A stretch of 64,000 nucleotides of DNA, taken from Spizellomyces punctatus DAOM BR117 (Eukaryota). The position numbers were made by a program, and so were the translations under genes. Under the pieces are notes generated by a model that did no database searches, had not been told where the DNA came from, and saw nothing but the letters and a program-made list of their open reading frames with translations. Location: assembly GCA_000182565.2 (NCBI GenBank), contig KQ257451.1, one strand, 5' to 3'. Of this stretch, positions 13,390-26,841 are shown piece after piece. The stretch's first letter is position 1, and the number at the start of each line of letters is the position of its first letter.

Positions 13390-14574
13390 CTACCAGTTAT
13401 TTACACCCAACCTCTCCACCAACGCTTCAAGTATCTGACTTTCATCCTTGTTACCGTTCTGATGCAATATACATGCATTTCCACCCGTTAGTCGGTTGCG
13501 TACACGTCCAGCTCTAACGTCTACTTTTAAATCCGCCATGACGGTTGCTTGCAAGCTCATAAAAATATCTTGGTAGTAATCCAATGTCACCCCCATTTTC
13601 TGCCAATTTGGATTATTCTTGTCACCGCCGAGCAATTCCAGGCGCTCTAAGAAGGTGTATGTAAATGCGCCTTGGTCATCGGCACATTCGCTTCCGCCCT
13701 TATTATAAGAATGGGCAAGAAACTCTCGTAATGCGGCTGCAGTGCCTATCACTGTTCCCGCATTCAGGTACCGACTCCCGGACCGATGGCCCGCACTGGT
13801 TGGTGGTGGAGGCGGTACTTCCGGATATTGGGACCAAATACTCGTATATGGCCAGCAATATGGCTCCGCAGTGAAAACCACGGATGTATTTAGGCGTTTG
13901 TACGCTTCCTCTACTTCCTTGATGTCGCATCGCGCGAAAATCACGTCATCGCCGTCCGACAGGATAACCAAAGAGTCATCTGGTAGTGTTAGGAGGTAAT
14001 CATGATACAGGCGTATTCGGTGACCGAATCCTTTCCATCGGTCTGGGTACCCGATAATGGCCAGTGGGATTCCAGCGCTTTGCAGGTTTGCAGCTAATCG
14101 GTTGAAGCCTTTTGAGCAGCGACTTCCCATGGACACCCATACGACTGGGCAGTCCTCTTTTTCGAAACATTCCCCAGTCAAAATGGGATGTCTTCCTTCA
14201 CCCTCCTTTGCTTCCTCAGCCCGATATGCACCAAGCGTCCGTTTCTCCCATCCCCTCTCAACCAAGTCCTTGGTGACAACATGCCGCATAAAAACCTCCG
14301 AACAAGGCGACTTATCTCTCTTGATCATATACCCGAGCGACCACCCCGTTTGCCTTATGAGGCATATGGGATCCGCCAATAATGACGGCGCTCGAAGAGG
14401 ACTTGAGTAGTGCACTGGCTGGGGCAGGTGTACGAAAAGATAATAGACAAAAAATATGACTACTACGCTAGAGACAGCTAGTCGTATTATGCTATACGGC
14501 GAACGTTTGCGGCCTCGGCCGAGTGTAAGGGAGCGGATGAAGGAGGGTACGTGGCGGAGGGCAACAAGCGGCAT
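13390..14574 (-). CDS. Type II membrane glycosyltransferase, PLOD (lysyl hydroxylase) GT-domain-like; intronless
   Basis: N-terminal TM helix; WKGFGHRIRLY, VILSDGDDVIF, VVFTAEPYCWP, RYLNAGTVIG, DDQGAFT, LDYYQDIF, CILHQNG follow the PLOD N-terminal GT fold. No dioxygenase domain. Confidence 0.75.
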   Translation of the reverse strand: MPLVALRHVPSFIRSLTLGRGRKRSPYSIIRLAVSSVVVIFFVYYLFVHLPQPVHYSSPLRAPSLLADPICLIRQTGWSLGYMIKRDKSPCSEVFMRHVVTKDLVERGWEKRTLGAYRAEEAKEGEGRHPILTGECFEKEDCPVVWVSMGSRCSKGFNRLAANLQSAGIPLAIIGYPDRWKGFGHRIRLYHDYLLTLPDDSLVILSDGDDVIFARCDIKEVEEAYKRLNTSVVFTAEPYCWPYTSIWSQYPEVPPPPPTSAGHRSGSRYLNAGTVIGTAAALREFLAHSYNKGGSECADDQGAFTYTFLERLELLGGDKNNPNWQKMGVTLDYYQDIFMSLQATVMADLKVDVRAGRVRNRLTGGNACILHQNGNKDESQILEALVERLGVNNW

Positions 14575-14984
14575 GACACAAGCGGACCTACGAATTGGAA
14601 CATGAGTACCAGTTCGGTGCTTACCAAGAGAGCTTATTAACTCCCACGTTCGACCTACCTTGTCAAGTCCTCCCAACGAGACATTGTTCATACTGGCGAA
14701 CCAAACTGACCAGGTACAAATTGGCAATTTGCTGTCACTGTTGAACAAAAGCAATCACTCCGAGGGCCCTATTCCGGTGACGGTGACTACGCCGTCGTCA
14801 TATGTCTTTTTATGGATTGTAGCACAATCGGACATATTGGGAAACTCCGACGATCAGGTAATGGTGGTTATGTGGTTACTCACACCCAGTCCCTTCGTTT
14901 AACACTAGGACATTCCAGCAACATGGCAGGTTAAGCGATTAGGAATATGCGCTGAAAAGTCATTAATCTTGGCTTATTCTCATT

Positions 14985-16919
14985 ATGAAGGCGACGACAA
15001 CCCGTCGGCATCTCCTCGAACGACGAGATCAGGAACTAAGACGAAAAGAACTTGAACGAGAAGACCTGTTAACCAAATTGAATCGAGATGCTGTGTTTCG
15101 AAGCAATTTGGACTCTGATGACCGTGTTGATGCCAAACGACGGCTGCGAAATCAACGCATCCGGGAGGAAGAGAGGAAGACTTATGAAGAGCTCATGGAT
15201 GTTGGTTTCATTCGTTGCCACTGCCAGAAATAATACGATTAGGGATGTTGACAAGTTTGTGTAGGCAGCAAAGAAAAGAATACAACGTGAGGCACAAATT
15301 CAACGAGAACAGGAGATGGAACAAGAAGCCGAAAAACTCGAGCTAAATCGTCTACGGGAGGAGAAGATGCGACAATCCATTCGCGAAAATAGTACCGAGT
15401 TGCGGGAGTTGGAGAAAAAGTTGAATTATGCCTATATGAACAAGGAGCGGTCACTCCAGATGCAGGAGAAAGTTCTTCATCTGCAACAGCTCAAGGTACG
15501 GAATGATTTCACAAGACTGAAAGATCGAATCTAATGGGCTCGTTTAACAGGCAAAAGAAGCTGAGCTTATCGCTGAGATGAACCGACAGCTTGAGAAGCA
15601 AAAGCAGCAAGATCTCGAAAAGGACCGCGAAGCCTACGAAAAATCACTAGAGTACCATAAAGCACTTAATGACCAGCTCCTCGAACAAGAGGCGCGACAG
15701 CAGGCTGAATTTGAGCAGTTTTTGCGTGAAAAGGAGATGGTGGATGCGATTGTGCGGAAGATTATGGAGGAGGATGAGCGGTATGCTGCGGTACTTTCTC
15801 GTACGCCGAGATACGTGCTAATCAATTGCTTCATGATGTGAAAAGTGAGGCGCGCCATAGACTGGAAAAGCAAAACGAGACCAAACAATACATTGAACAG
15901 TTTATTGTCGAACGAGAACGATGGAGGCAGGAAGAAAAGGAACGACAGATGGCGGAGAATAGAAGAATTGAAGAATATGCTCAAATGCAAAGGGCAAGGG
16001 AGGAGGAATTGCAAGCTGTAAAGAAGCACCGGGACGACGAGCGGAATGTTATCTACGACAGGGTATGCTTCCATTTTGGACACAGACTGCAAAGTTTTGG
16101 CTAGTTTTTAAATATGGGAACTATCCCTCCTGTCAGCTGGCCGCCGAGATGGAACGACAAGAACGCGCCAAGGCTGAGCTCGAACAGCTTCGCATCGAAC
16201 TGTACCAAGAAGAGCAAGAGGAGGAGTCTCGTAGAAGGGATCAGGTAAACATGCGACTTGGTATCTTATTGCAGATCAAAATGTTGATGTCATATACAGG
16301 AACTGTTGGAGTCTCGAATCAGAAAGAGATTGGAACTCATCGACGCCTATCGCGAGCAAATTCTCGAAAAGAGATTCCGACGTTTGCAAGAGCAGGAAGA
16401 GGAGGAGGAGTTCCGGAAAAAGGTATCAATATGCTATATTCAAAAATCCGTACCGACAAGCATTATAACGTTATTCCCATGTAACCAAAAAAGATGATGC
16501 AAAAGTACGCCGAAGACGAAAAGCTTGAGCAAATGAATGCCCAACGCCGACGCATGAAACAACTTGAGCACAAGCGGGCAGTTGATGCGCTCATCCAAGA
16601 ACGACGCCTCCTATTGCAAAAGGAACACGAGATGGCTTTGGAGGCTCAGAAACGCGAGGAGGAACTGGAGAAATATCGACAGGCCGTTGTGGAGCAGGAG
16701 CGTCAGAGATTGTTGCGGGAGCATGCTGCAAGTCTGTTGGGCTATCTACCAAAGGTGAATGATTGCGAGTCCTTTCCTTTTTGCGTGTGATTCAAATACC
16801 TGATTGTGGTTATCTAGGGCGTTCTGAGAGATCAGAAAGATCTCGACCTATTCGACGAAGAGTTTCGCAGAAAGTTCGAGTCAATGGGCATCCACCCCCA
16901 TTCTGCTCCCCCCCTTTAA
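14985..16919 (+). CDS. MNS1: Meiosis-specific nuclear structural protein 1 (axonemal coiled-coil, TPH domain)
   Basis: RQSIRENSTELRELEKKLNYAYMNKERSLQ; KYAEDEKLEQMNAQRRRMKQLEHKRAV; LLGYLPKGVLRDQKDLDLFDEEFR. An alternative start at 14923 via a GC-AG intron is possible. Confidence 0.88.
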
Positions 16920-17037
16920 GTTGAATATACAAAAAAAAATACGTAGTTGCGTACACTGTCTCTGTTGATAATTTGTTTTCAAACAACCTATTACTAGATG
17001 TCATATATATCAGGGTTCTTACACTCGACTCGGCTGA

Positions 17038-19318
17038 TTACAGTAACGTTCTTCTGATTTCCTGGATGATTTGCTTCAGTGCAGGCTGCATGACAGAGAG
17101 GTAAGCATGTCATAAATGTAAGTAAACCATGCAAAACTGCAACAACCTTTCCAACTGCGAGTGGATGACACACCAGCTCTGCTGTGGTATCATTAAAAGG
17201 CATGATCCTTCGTAATCGTCCAACATTCCTCTGTGCTCTATTGGACCGAGCTTTCTGCTTCATTAAACTATTGGTCCGTGTCAATTCAGGGAGGGAGGTG
17301 AATCGTTTCTTGTCTACATTTTAGAGGATGATGAGTATCTTCTTAGTTGGGCTCCACCTAAGGGAAGTGTTTCGTACCTAGCGCAACCAACTGTGACCTG
17401 CTTCCCCTTGTAGCAGGTCGTCCCGAGATACCCTGTACAAACAATGAGCACATGCGGTGGAGGAAACCCCAGGTTCCCATATAAAATCGCCTTTGCTCAC
17501 CAATGCATGATTTACTGCCATTCGGGCTTGCTCATCAGATATCTCCACGAGGTTTATGATATCTTCAATGAGCGGCTGTGAGAATGAAATGTTAAATTCG
17601 CTTGTTTTCCAAATTATTATTCGAACGCTGAGTGAAATACTTTTTTGATCTCAACGTCTACGTCCGTGTCAAGAGACAGGGCTGGACCAAAGTTTACTTC
17701 TGCAGAGAGAATACTAATGTAAGGTCGCGAGAAATCGTTAAGCTAAAGATTTGTCGTACCAAGAAGATGCGGTCGCAAGTTCTCGTCCAACATAATATCT
17801 AAAAGAATATTGCCAAATCAGTCATACTGAAGCCAAAATACAAAAGTGCAAAGGAAACGGTACCAAATCCATATAGCTCAAAGCACCCTGCCGGCACTAA
17901 TGGCACTTCCACAGCCACTGGTAACAAGGTTAACAAAATGATTCCCTGTATCCTGAAAAAAATGAACGTCAGGTTCTCTCCCACAATATAAATAAACTCA
18001 TGGCGATACAAACTTTCTCCAAATCTTCTCAAAATCCACGCCCATGCCTTCAAACCATGTCCTCAACTTTCCAAGAGTCCATCTACACCCACTCCCAACC
18101 TCATCCTTTTCATGTGAAAGGGATGGGGAGAATTTGTTGATGGAGGTATTGGTTAGGTGCGCGTATACGTTTGATAGCTCTGTGGTTGTGTATACGCTCT
18201 TTTGGTCGATTTGCTAGGTTAGTTGTCTGGTTGTTGCTCGTCGTAACGGTAGATCTCGTACCGTTGCGAACCGGGCTATCCCTTCTTGATTCAAGTAGAC
18301 GACGAGGGGGTTGTAGGATCGTACGACGACATAGCTAACAGGGCATATAAGCACTTTGTCGCCAGCTGATAATAAGCTCCGTCCATCTTGCATACCATCT
18401 TATGTCGAACTTTGTCAGCAACGAGGTAGAGAGTTAGAGAAAGAGGAAAATGCCAGATCGGTACTAATCAACCGCTAACCTTGTACCCAGATATTAACAT
18501 GGGATTGGAGATATATCGTTGCACAATGACACTAAAATATATGGAGTAAGATTGACATCGTGTTAATGGTCAAAGGGTATTATCTCGGCTTACTTGCAAT
18601 CGTACGTCAACTCATGCAAGTCTCTAAAGAGAAAAATCCCTCGTCCCCTACTCAGATCAGCGGGCTTACAGATCCACAAACCCTATCAGGACGGTCAAAT
18701 TCAGAGACTCTCATCATTTAGATTACAGCAACGGGTGCGAGATGCCCACCTTGACACCCTGTTCATCCTCCTCAGCATAGACCCTAACGAATCGCACATA
18801 ATCATTTGGCAACGAAAAGGTGAGAGGGACAAAATCATAAATGGGGCCATAAATTCCTCGCATAGTCTTGAGTAAGCGGTATAACGTATCCTATGGTGGG
18901 ATTCTCATTGGCATTTTGTGTGGCATGCGAAACAGGTTAACGAGAAATACCTTGCGAGTGAGGTTCAAGGTTTTGGGAAAATGATTGAGTCTTTGCCATG
19001 GTTGACAAGCTTCGTAGTCTGATTTTCTGTAACGGGAGCCTGTAGAGTTGTTCGAAAACTGTTAGTCATTTGGGGGCATTGGAAGGCATTGAACGTGCGT
19101 AAAGTACCTTTCCACCACAAATTCCAGTATAGGCTCTTCCCTTCTACATATGGTAGCCATCCTGTACGGAAACTTTTTAGTAAACGATTTTTCAATCAAA
19201 ACCAAAGGGCTATACCTTTGCTCTCTAAAACGTCTTTAACAACTTGGGGCCCTGTTTCGGCCATGACATAGTAGAGTCGTCGCTCTTGCACATCCTCCCT
19301 GCATGCCGCTGCTGCCAT
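17038..19318 (-). CDS. Tubulin-tyrosine ligase-like polyglutamylase (TTLL2-like), many small exons; start uncertain
   Basis: Hand-spliced: [120 protein letters not shown]. Confidence 0.88.
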
Positions 19319-19867
19319 TACCGCACGGTAGTTACCCTCACGGCCTAGGTAAGGCAGGCTCCATTTACTACGAACAGAGTGATTACGAAATGTGGAGACG
19401 TCCCACGTTCACTGGAATTCTTTTTAAGGAATGCGGGCTTCAAGGGGATCCATCTTATTTGGACTGGGAGACTCCTTCAAGCTGCTGAGTGATTCGGAGA
19501 GCGTGAAAATCACAATTAACCTGGGATGGACTCTGTGATATTCTTCCTGGGAAGCAACCGGTCGGGACGGATTATGTAATTCTTCCTAAGCCACAATCCC
19601 GATCTGCAATCCCAAGGCACTGGGAGCAGTGGTTCATTGACATTATACCAAGTGCCAACACGCCATACCTTGCGGTTCCAGACCAAGTGAACTTGATCAT
19701 TGACCACAATGCGGATTTGATCCGGGTTTGCTGAAGCTAGAGTATGTTAAATTCGATATAAATGTACAAAAATATGCTTTTTACAGGTAGAAGCGCGATC
19801 ATGCTACAGGCGCCAAATCGCAAAACAAAGCTAATGATACTAGCGGGGGATCGCAGATATGTTGCAT

Positions 19868-21775
19868 TCAATTGTGTTCTACCATTGCGCCGTTGATTTC
19901 TCCGCTGCTGTGGCTAATAGTGCCATCCGTAATAAATCCCTGTGGCTCCTCTACCGGAGCTGACCGAAGAACCGAGACCGCGTCGCCAACCACTAATAGT
20001 GCCGGTGCTCCTACTGCTGCATCCTTAACTCTTCCAACGATAGTTTGCAGTGTTCCGTCAACTACTCGCTCAGAGCCATCTCTCCAACATCCCTTCTCCA
20101 CAACAGCTGCAGGACAGTCGTTCGGATAACCTTTTTCAATCATACGATCAACCAGTTCTTGTAGTCTACCAACGGCCATAAGAACGACGGTCGTTCGCTT
20201 CTCATAGTGCGGAGGCACTTCCGGGAATGCGCCGCCTTCTCCACGACCAGATAACACCAGAAGCTGATCAGCGACACCACGGTGCGTCACGGGAATGAAA
20301 GCACTTTCAGGAGCTGCAATGCAGGAGCTGATACCGGGAACGATTTTCGGTTCGTATCCTTTCTCGCGGAAGAATGCGACCTCTTCCCCGCCGCGACCAA
20401 ACAAGAAAGGATCGCCCCCTTTCAGACGTACCACATTGAGTCCGCGGGATAATGCAGCCAGGCAAGTTTCGTTGGCATCATTCTGAGAGGCATCCGATTT
20501 CCCGGCGGCCTTCTTTTGAACAAGATGCAGTCTCTTACGAGGTACAAGAGCCAGTATCTGGTCGGAAATAAGTTGGTCTGACACAACAAGATCAGCGGTC
20601 CGAATGGCGTCAAGTGCGCGTAGAGTCAGCAATCCTGGATCCCCAGGACCGGCCCCAACAAGTGTGATGCCTCCTTCTGGACGGGGTGAGACGTGAATGG
20701 GAAGTGGCAGGAGGCACAACGTGCCTCTTGCTACTCGAGAAACCGCTTCTGGCAAGAGGCGGAGTCCATTTTCAACAATATCCTCAGTACATGTCACAGC
20801 ATACTGGATGTAAGCGGATCCTGTCTCTTTAAGAGCCCGCGCATAAGTGCTTGTAATATCCAATGCATGGCCTCCAATGGCAGAGGCTGTTTCAATGCTA
20901 CCAGAAACTGCAGATGTGGTCAAGTTCCAAGCGCTTCCTGTAGCAGAAGCCACAGTATCGACTGTTGCTCCGACCAAAGGGACTGAGTGAGCATACTGTA
21001 TCAGAGTTAAACCTGCTGCACTGCGATCTTCATGGCCATCGCCTACGCCGTTTTTGCCGTTCGCGTTTTCTCCCCTCCTTCCAGGAGGTGGAGGCGGTTC
21101 CTTGTCCCCTCTTTCATAGGCATCTAATAGCTCCAAAACTCCATCTTCCTCCAACGCCGCGATTTCCTCAAATGACCATATATCGCATAACCGACTCAAC
21201 CACCTCATACGCCGTCCACTGCTTTCAGGATCGGGATCGGCTTCCCTGATCTTTTTCCTTACCGACCCTATTTTATCCACTGCCTCCGCCGTTCTTGGGG
21301 GTAGAGATAACACAACGTGATCTCGCAGCCTAGCACCTAGCCGAGGTCCGCAACCGTTGGTCGAAACACCAATTTGAAGTGAGCCGTTCCGATGCTGCGC
21401 CATGAAGTAAAAGTCGCACAGTTCTGGAATGTCTGCACAGTTGACAGGTATACGACGCTTGCGGCACAACGTGGCGATACGGCGCGATTCGTCATGCTCG
21501 TCAATGCACGACAGGACCATGTCCGCGTGGTCAAGGTCCGAATCAACAAAGTTTCGATCAATGTGGACAATCTCCCCATTATGCACTCGAGTCTCGACAT
21601 CCTTATTGAGGCCAGAAGCCGGGCAAACCACAGTAACTCTGGCGTCAGCGTCCAGGGCGAAGAATACTCTTCCGGACGCTTCCTTCCCACCACCCACGAC
21701 TAAAACATGCTTCCCACCCAGTCGATATCCTACAATAAAGGACGCACCGCCTGTAACCTTCCGAGGTTCAGGCAT
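19868..21775 (-). CDS. Siroheme synthase, CysG-like fusion (Met8-like precorrin-2 dehydrogenase/ferrochelatase + Met1-like uroporphyrinogen-III C-methyltransferase); intronless
   Basis: N-terminal VLVVGGG, VNCADIPELCDFYF, LQIGVSTNGCGPRL; C-terminal LVGAGPGDPGLLT, VVRLKGGDPFLFGRGGEE, VPGISS, IPVTHRGVA. An upstream in-frame ATG exists at 21877. Confidence 0.92.
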   Translation of the reverse strand: MPEPRKVTGGASFIVGYRLGGKHVLVVGGGKEASGRVFFALDADARVTVVCPASGLNKDVETRVHNGEIVHIDRNFVDSDLDHADMVLSCIDEHDESRRIATLCRKRRIPVNCADIPELCDFYFMAQHRNGSLQIGVSTNGCGPRLGARLRDHVVLSLPPRTAEAVDKIGSVRKKIREADPDPESSGRRMRWLSRLCDIWSFEEIAALEEDGVLELLDAYERGDKEPPPPPGRRGENANGKNGVGDGHEDRSAAGLTLIQYAHSVPLVGATVDTVASATGSAWNLTTSAVSGSIETASAIGGHALDITSTYARALKETGSAYIQYAVTCTEDIVENGLRLLPEAVSRVARGTLCLLPLPIHVSPRPEGGITLVGAGPGDPGLLTLRALDAIRTADLVVSDQLISDQILALVPRKRLHLVQKKAAGKSDASQNDANETCLAALSRGLNVVRLKGGDPFLFGRGGEEVAFFREKGYEPKIVPGISSCIAAPESAFIPVTHRGVADQLLVLSGRGEGGAFPEVPPHYEKRTTVVLMAVGRLQELVDRMIEKGYPNDCPAAVVEKGCWRDGSERVVDGTLQTIVGRVKDAAVGAPALLVVGDAVSVLRSAPVEEPQGFITDGTISHSSGEINGAMVEHN

Positions 21776-21850
21776 CTCTTCTTTGCGGATGACGGCGGCA
21801 ACAGTGTGTGAGAAAACCAAGCCCACAAAGACTGCACGAGACCACACTAG

Positions 21851-21860
21851 GTCACGTGAC
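21851..21860. promoter_or_regulatory. Palindromic E-box GTCACGTGAC (Cbf1/USF-type)
   Basis: Perfect 10-bp palindrome about 75 bp upstream of the siroheme synthase ATG at 21775. Confidence 0.5.
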
Positions 21861-22199
21861 TGATCGCCCTTTTGCATGAGATATCTCCATCAAATGCGCG
21901 GACAAGTGGGCGTAGTTGCCCAGAATGTGAAGCCGTAACAAGATCCTATTGATTATATGATTGCATTAAGTTTGGCAGACGTGCTCATACGACTCGTTCG
22001 TACTTTGTCCTGTGTTTTTATGCCCAATAGAGCACCCTTCATGGCGAGTGCGAACGTCCTGCGATCTGTGGAAGGCAGTCTGATCAGAGTCCAACCGGTT
22101 TCATTCATGGTTGGGCATTCCAAACACGGGCAACGTATCACAATGGCATTTGGCCTCGCGAACGGAAATCTGTCGTAGATAGATCCTCATTTATTCACG

Positions 22200-23329
22200 A
22201 TGCGACCTCTAATAGCCGTCCTTCTCGTCATCGGGTTCACCTTGTCCAATGTGAACGCGCTGTATTTCTACCTAGAAGGGTCGGCTAAGAAATGTTTTAT
22301 TGAGGAGCTACCTGCCGACACGACTGTAGTTGGTCTGCACCATCGTTCGCTTGGTTGTCTATATCGACAGTTCTAAACTATTTACATTCTTGCTACATTT
22401 AGGCAACTACAAATCTGAGTTGTTCTCAGAATCCTCAAACAGCTACTCTGCTGACCACGAGAATAAAATCCAGATATCGGTCGAGGTAAACAAGGTCCCG
22501 CCCGTAAAGGAAAGGGCGCTTCTTAACTAACCTTTTTGTACCCGTTATATAGCACCTCGAAAGCCGTCACGTTATTGTGAACCAAAAGGGAGATCCCAAA
22601 GGACGTTTCACCTTCTCTACAGCCGATGCTGGGGAATATGCCATTTGCTTGTAGGTTTCGAAGCTCATAGCGCCCGTGATAAATCCGATCTCATATCATC
22701 TACGCTTGATGGACCAGTTCGACTACCAGTAATGGATGGTTCTCGGATTCAAGCAAGACTGTAAATATCTCCAAGAGGTTCTATTCAAGTATTAAATACT
22801 CTTGTTTTAATGTTTGGGTCGATTGCAGAAATTGCATCTTGATTTGCTCTTTGGAGACGCAACACACGATAACTTACCTGACGCGAAGAAGGAGGCATTG
22901 AGCGGTATGTACCAGCTTCGGTTGCGCGGCCACTGCTGCGATGGACCCTAACTTTGAATCACCAAAAAGACTTGGCACTGCGTGTACGTGAGCTGAACGT
23001 TAAGGTCGCAAGTATTCGTCGGGAGCAGCAATACCAGAAGGTTAGCAAGCACGAGTCAGCAGCTGTTTACGAACTCGTATCTTAACCTCATGATACTGGT
23101 GGATTTAGGAACGCGAAGTCGAGTTCCGAAACACCAGTGAAAGAGCCAACTCACACGTTCGCAACTGGACTCTTGCTCAGCTCCTAGTTTTGGGAGTCAC
23201 CTGTCTATGGCAAATTCGGCATCTCAAGAACTTTTTTGTTGCAAAGAAACTTGGTAAGGTTTCATCTGAACTGGTATTCGCTCACTGAAGCTAACATTTA
23301 ACCTACTTCTGAATACACCAAAAGTGTAA
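22200..23329 (+). CDS. p24/emp24/gp25L family cargo receptor (alpha subfamily, Erp1/TMED9-like)
   Basis: MRPLIAVLLVIGFTLSNVNALYFYLEGSAKKCFIEELP; GRFTFSTADAGEYAIC; IRREQQYQKEREVEFRNTSERANSHVRNW; WQIRHLKNFFVAKKLV* (last coding exon is 5 nt, 23325-23329). Confidence 0.92.
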
Positions 23330-23486
23330 AACTGCCGTCCAAAGACGATATGTTTCTATCACTAATATATACAACTCAATTGCATCCGATGGCCAAGTCC
23401 ACTCAATTCAAGTAACAAGAGGAGATTGAAATCTCAACATCTTGTCTGTTGTCTAGCACCAGATTGGTGGTCAATGGTTGATTGTA

Positions 23487-25348
<1,862 letters not shown>

Positions 25349-25583
25349 GATGGGAATTGTGGTGCGTGGGTGAATGGCGGGTGACAGGAAGAATGGTGGT
25401 AAAGGACAGTCTGCTTTGCGTGTATGCAGCTGCTAGACAAAAGAAAAAAGGAGGACCGTGGTTTGCCTGCTGACAAGGGATAGACCGGAAGGGTGGGAAG
25501 AAAGAAACCTGTGGAGGCTGAGTGGACAAAAGGCGTGAATCATGCGCTCCCCTCAGCTTTAAATGCTTGGATTTGAACTAAGC

Positions 25584-25597
25584 ATGACGTGACGTCA
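25584..25597. promoter_or_regulatory. Overlapping ATF/CREB (CRE) sites upstream of HOG1
   Basis: ATGACGTGACGTCA: a half-site ATGACGT overlapping a full TGACGTCA, about 240 bp upstream of the HOG1 ATG. Confidence 0.4.
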
Positions 25598-26276
25598 TGT
25601 CTGCTCCCGAGAGTTTGGATGTAAATTTTGTTAGAGCCGAGAGAGCGTAACCCCCCACGGGAGTACGCACTTCCAGGCCTTTCTTTCGGCTTGTTGTTCG
25701 ATGCGTTTCGTCATTGGAGGGTACAAGGTGAGGTTGCAAAATGCCCCTAATTCGAGTCCTTTTTGGGCTCCTCAACGATCATGGCATTTGTACGTGGCTG
25801 ATAACCTTTCTTGCCCAAAGGCCTCATGATCTCCTCGCGAGCACAAAAGGGATGAAAGCACGCATTGGAAAACAAAAAGCCACATTCTAAGGCTGTAGTT
25901 GGCCAGTTGGCAACAACGCTGAGGCAAGGGATAAACCAAGGGCAATGGCGGATCGGGATAGTGCATGTATCCTGCATTGTTTAATACTTTAAGAATCCCA
26001 CTGGGCCAATACTTGTTCAACTTCAAATTGCGCAACATGAGATCTGGACAGGTTTCTAGTTGTCTGATGTGCTGCTGTTCTTTTTGTTAGTGTTCTGGCG
26101 TATCTCCGCTACCACTGAATTAGAGGCTTAGCACACCACAGTCACATGACACAATGCTTAATGCTGATTGGACAGATTGAACGTGTCGGCTGCCTATACT
26201 GGAGCAGGGCAGTAACATCCTCGTTCCACACTCAAAGCTACATCCTCTCGATTAAAGAGGCAAGCTATCAGTAGAG

Positions 26277-26841
26277 ATGGTCAACTCACGCCCCCACAGG
26301 TTCGTAGGAAGAGTGATGACGGATTGCGGAATGACGAGAAGGGATGGATTGGACGGAGGAATGGACGGATGGATGGATGGATGGGTAGTAGGATAGAAAT
26401 GGCGGAAGGTCGATGCAATTTTCTCCATTATGACATTGGCGACTCATGGTGCATGTCTCCTTTCCAGACTCTACGCAAAGGGCCGGGTTCTCGGATTCCG
26501 TCGCTCCAAGCGCAACGTGAAGGAGCACACCTCTCTCCTCCAGATCGAGGGTGTCCGCAGCACCGAGGACACTGACTTCTACCTCGGCAAGCGTGTTGCC
26601 TACGTATACAAAGCCAAGCGGGTCATTGATGGCAGTCGGATTCGTGTCATTTGGGGGCGTGTCACCCGCTCGCACGGAACGTCTGGTGTTGTGAGGGCCA
26701 AGTTCAGGTCCAACCTTCCTCCTCGTAGCTTCGGTGCCAGTGTCAGGATTGTACGTACTCTACATTCTCGATGGGACATTGTCATATGCATACTGAAGTG
26801 TCCTTTTTTTGTCTTAGATGTTGTACCCATCCCGCGTGTAA
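26277..26841 (+). CDS. RPL35A: 60S ribosomal protein eL33 (L35a / yeast L33)
   Basis: [37 protein letters not shown]...[14 protein letters not shown]...[43 protein letters not shown]. Confidence 0.97.

Noticed and set aside
14780-14985. RFX X-box upstream of the ciliary gene MNS1
   Set aside because: Only a half-site (GCAAC) is visible, with no full palindromic X-box.
21776-21877. N-terminal signal-like extension on siroheme synthase
   Set aside because: The region contains a perfect promoter-type E-box and homology starts after ATG 21775; it is probably not translated, though not excluded.
26312-26467. Box C/D snoRNA in RPL35A intron 1 (AGTGATGA)
   Set aside because: No CTGA D box downstream within the intron.
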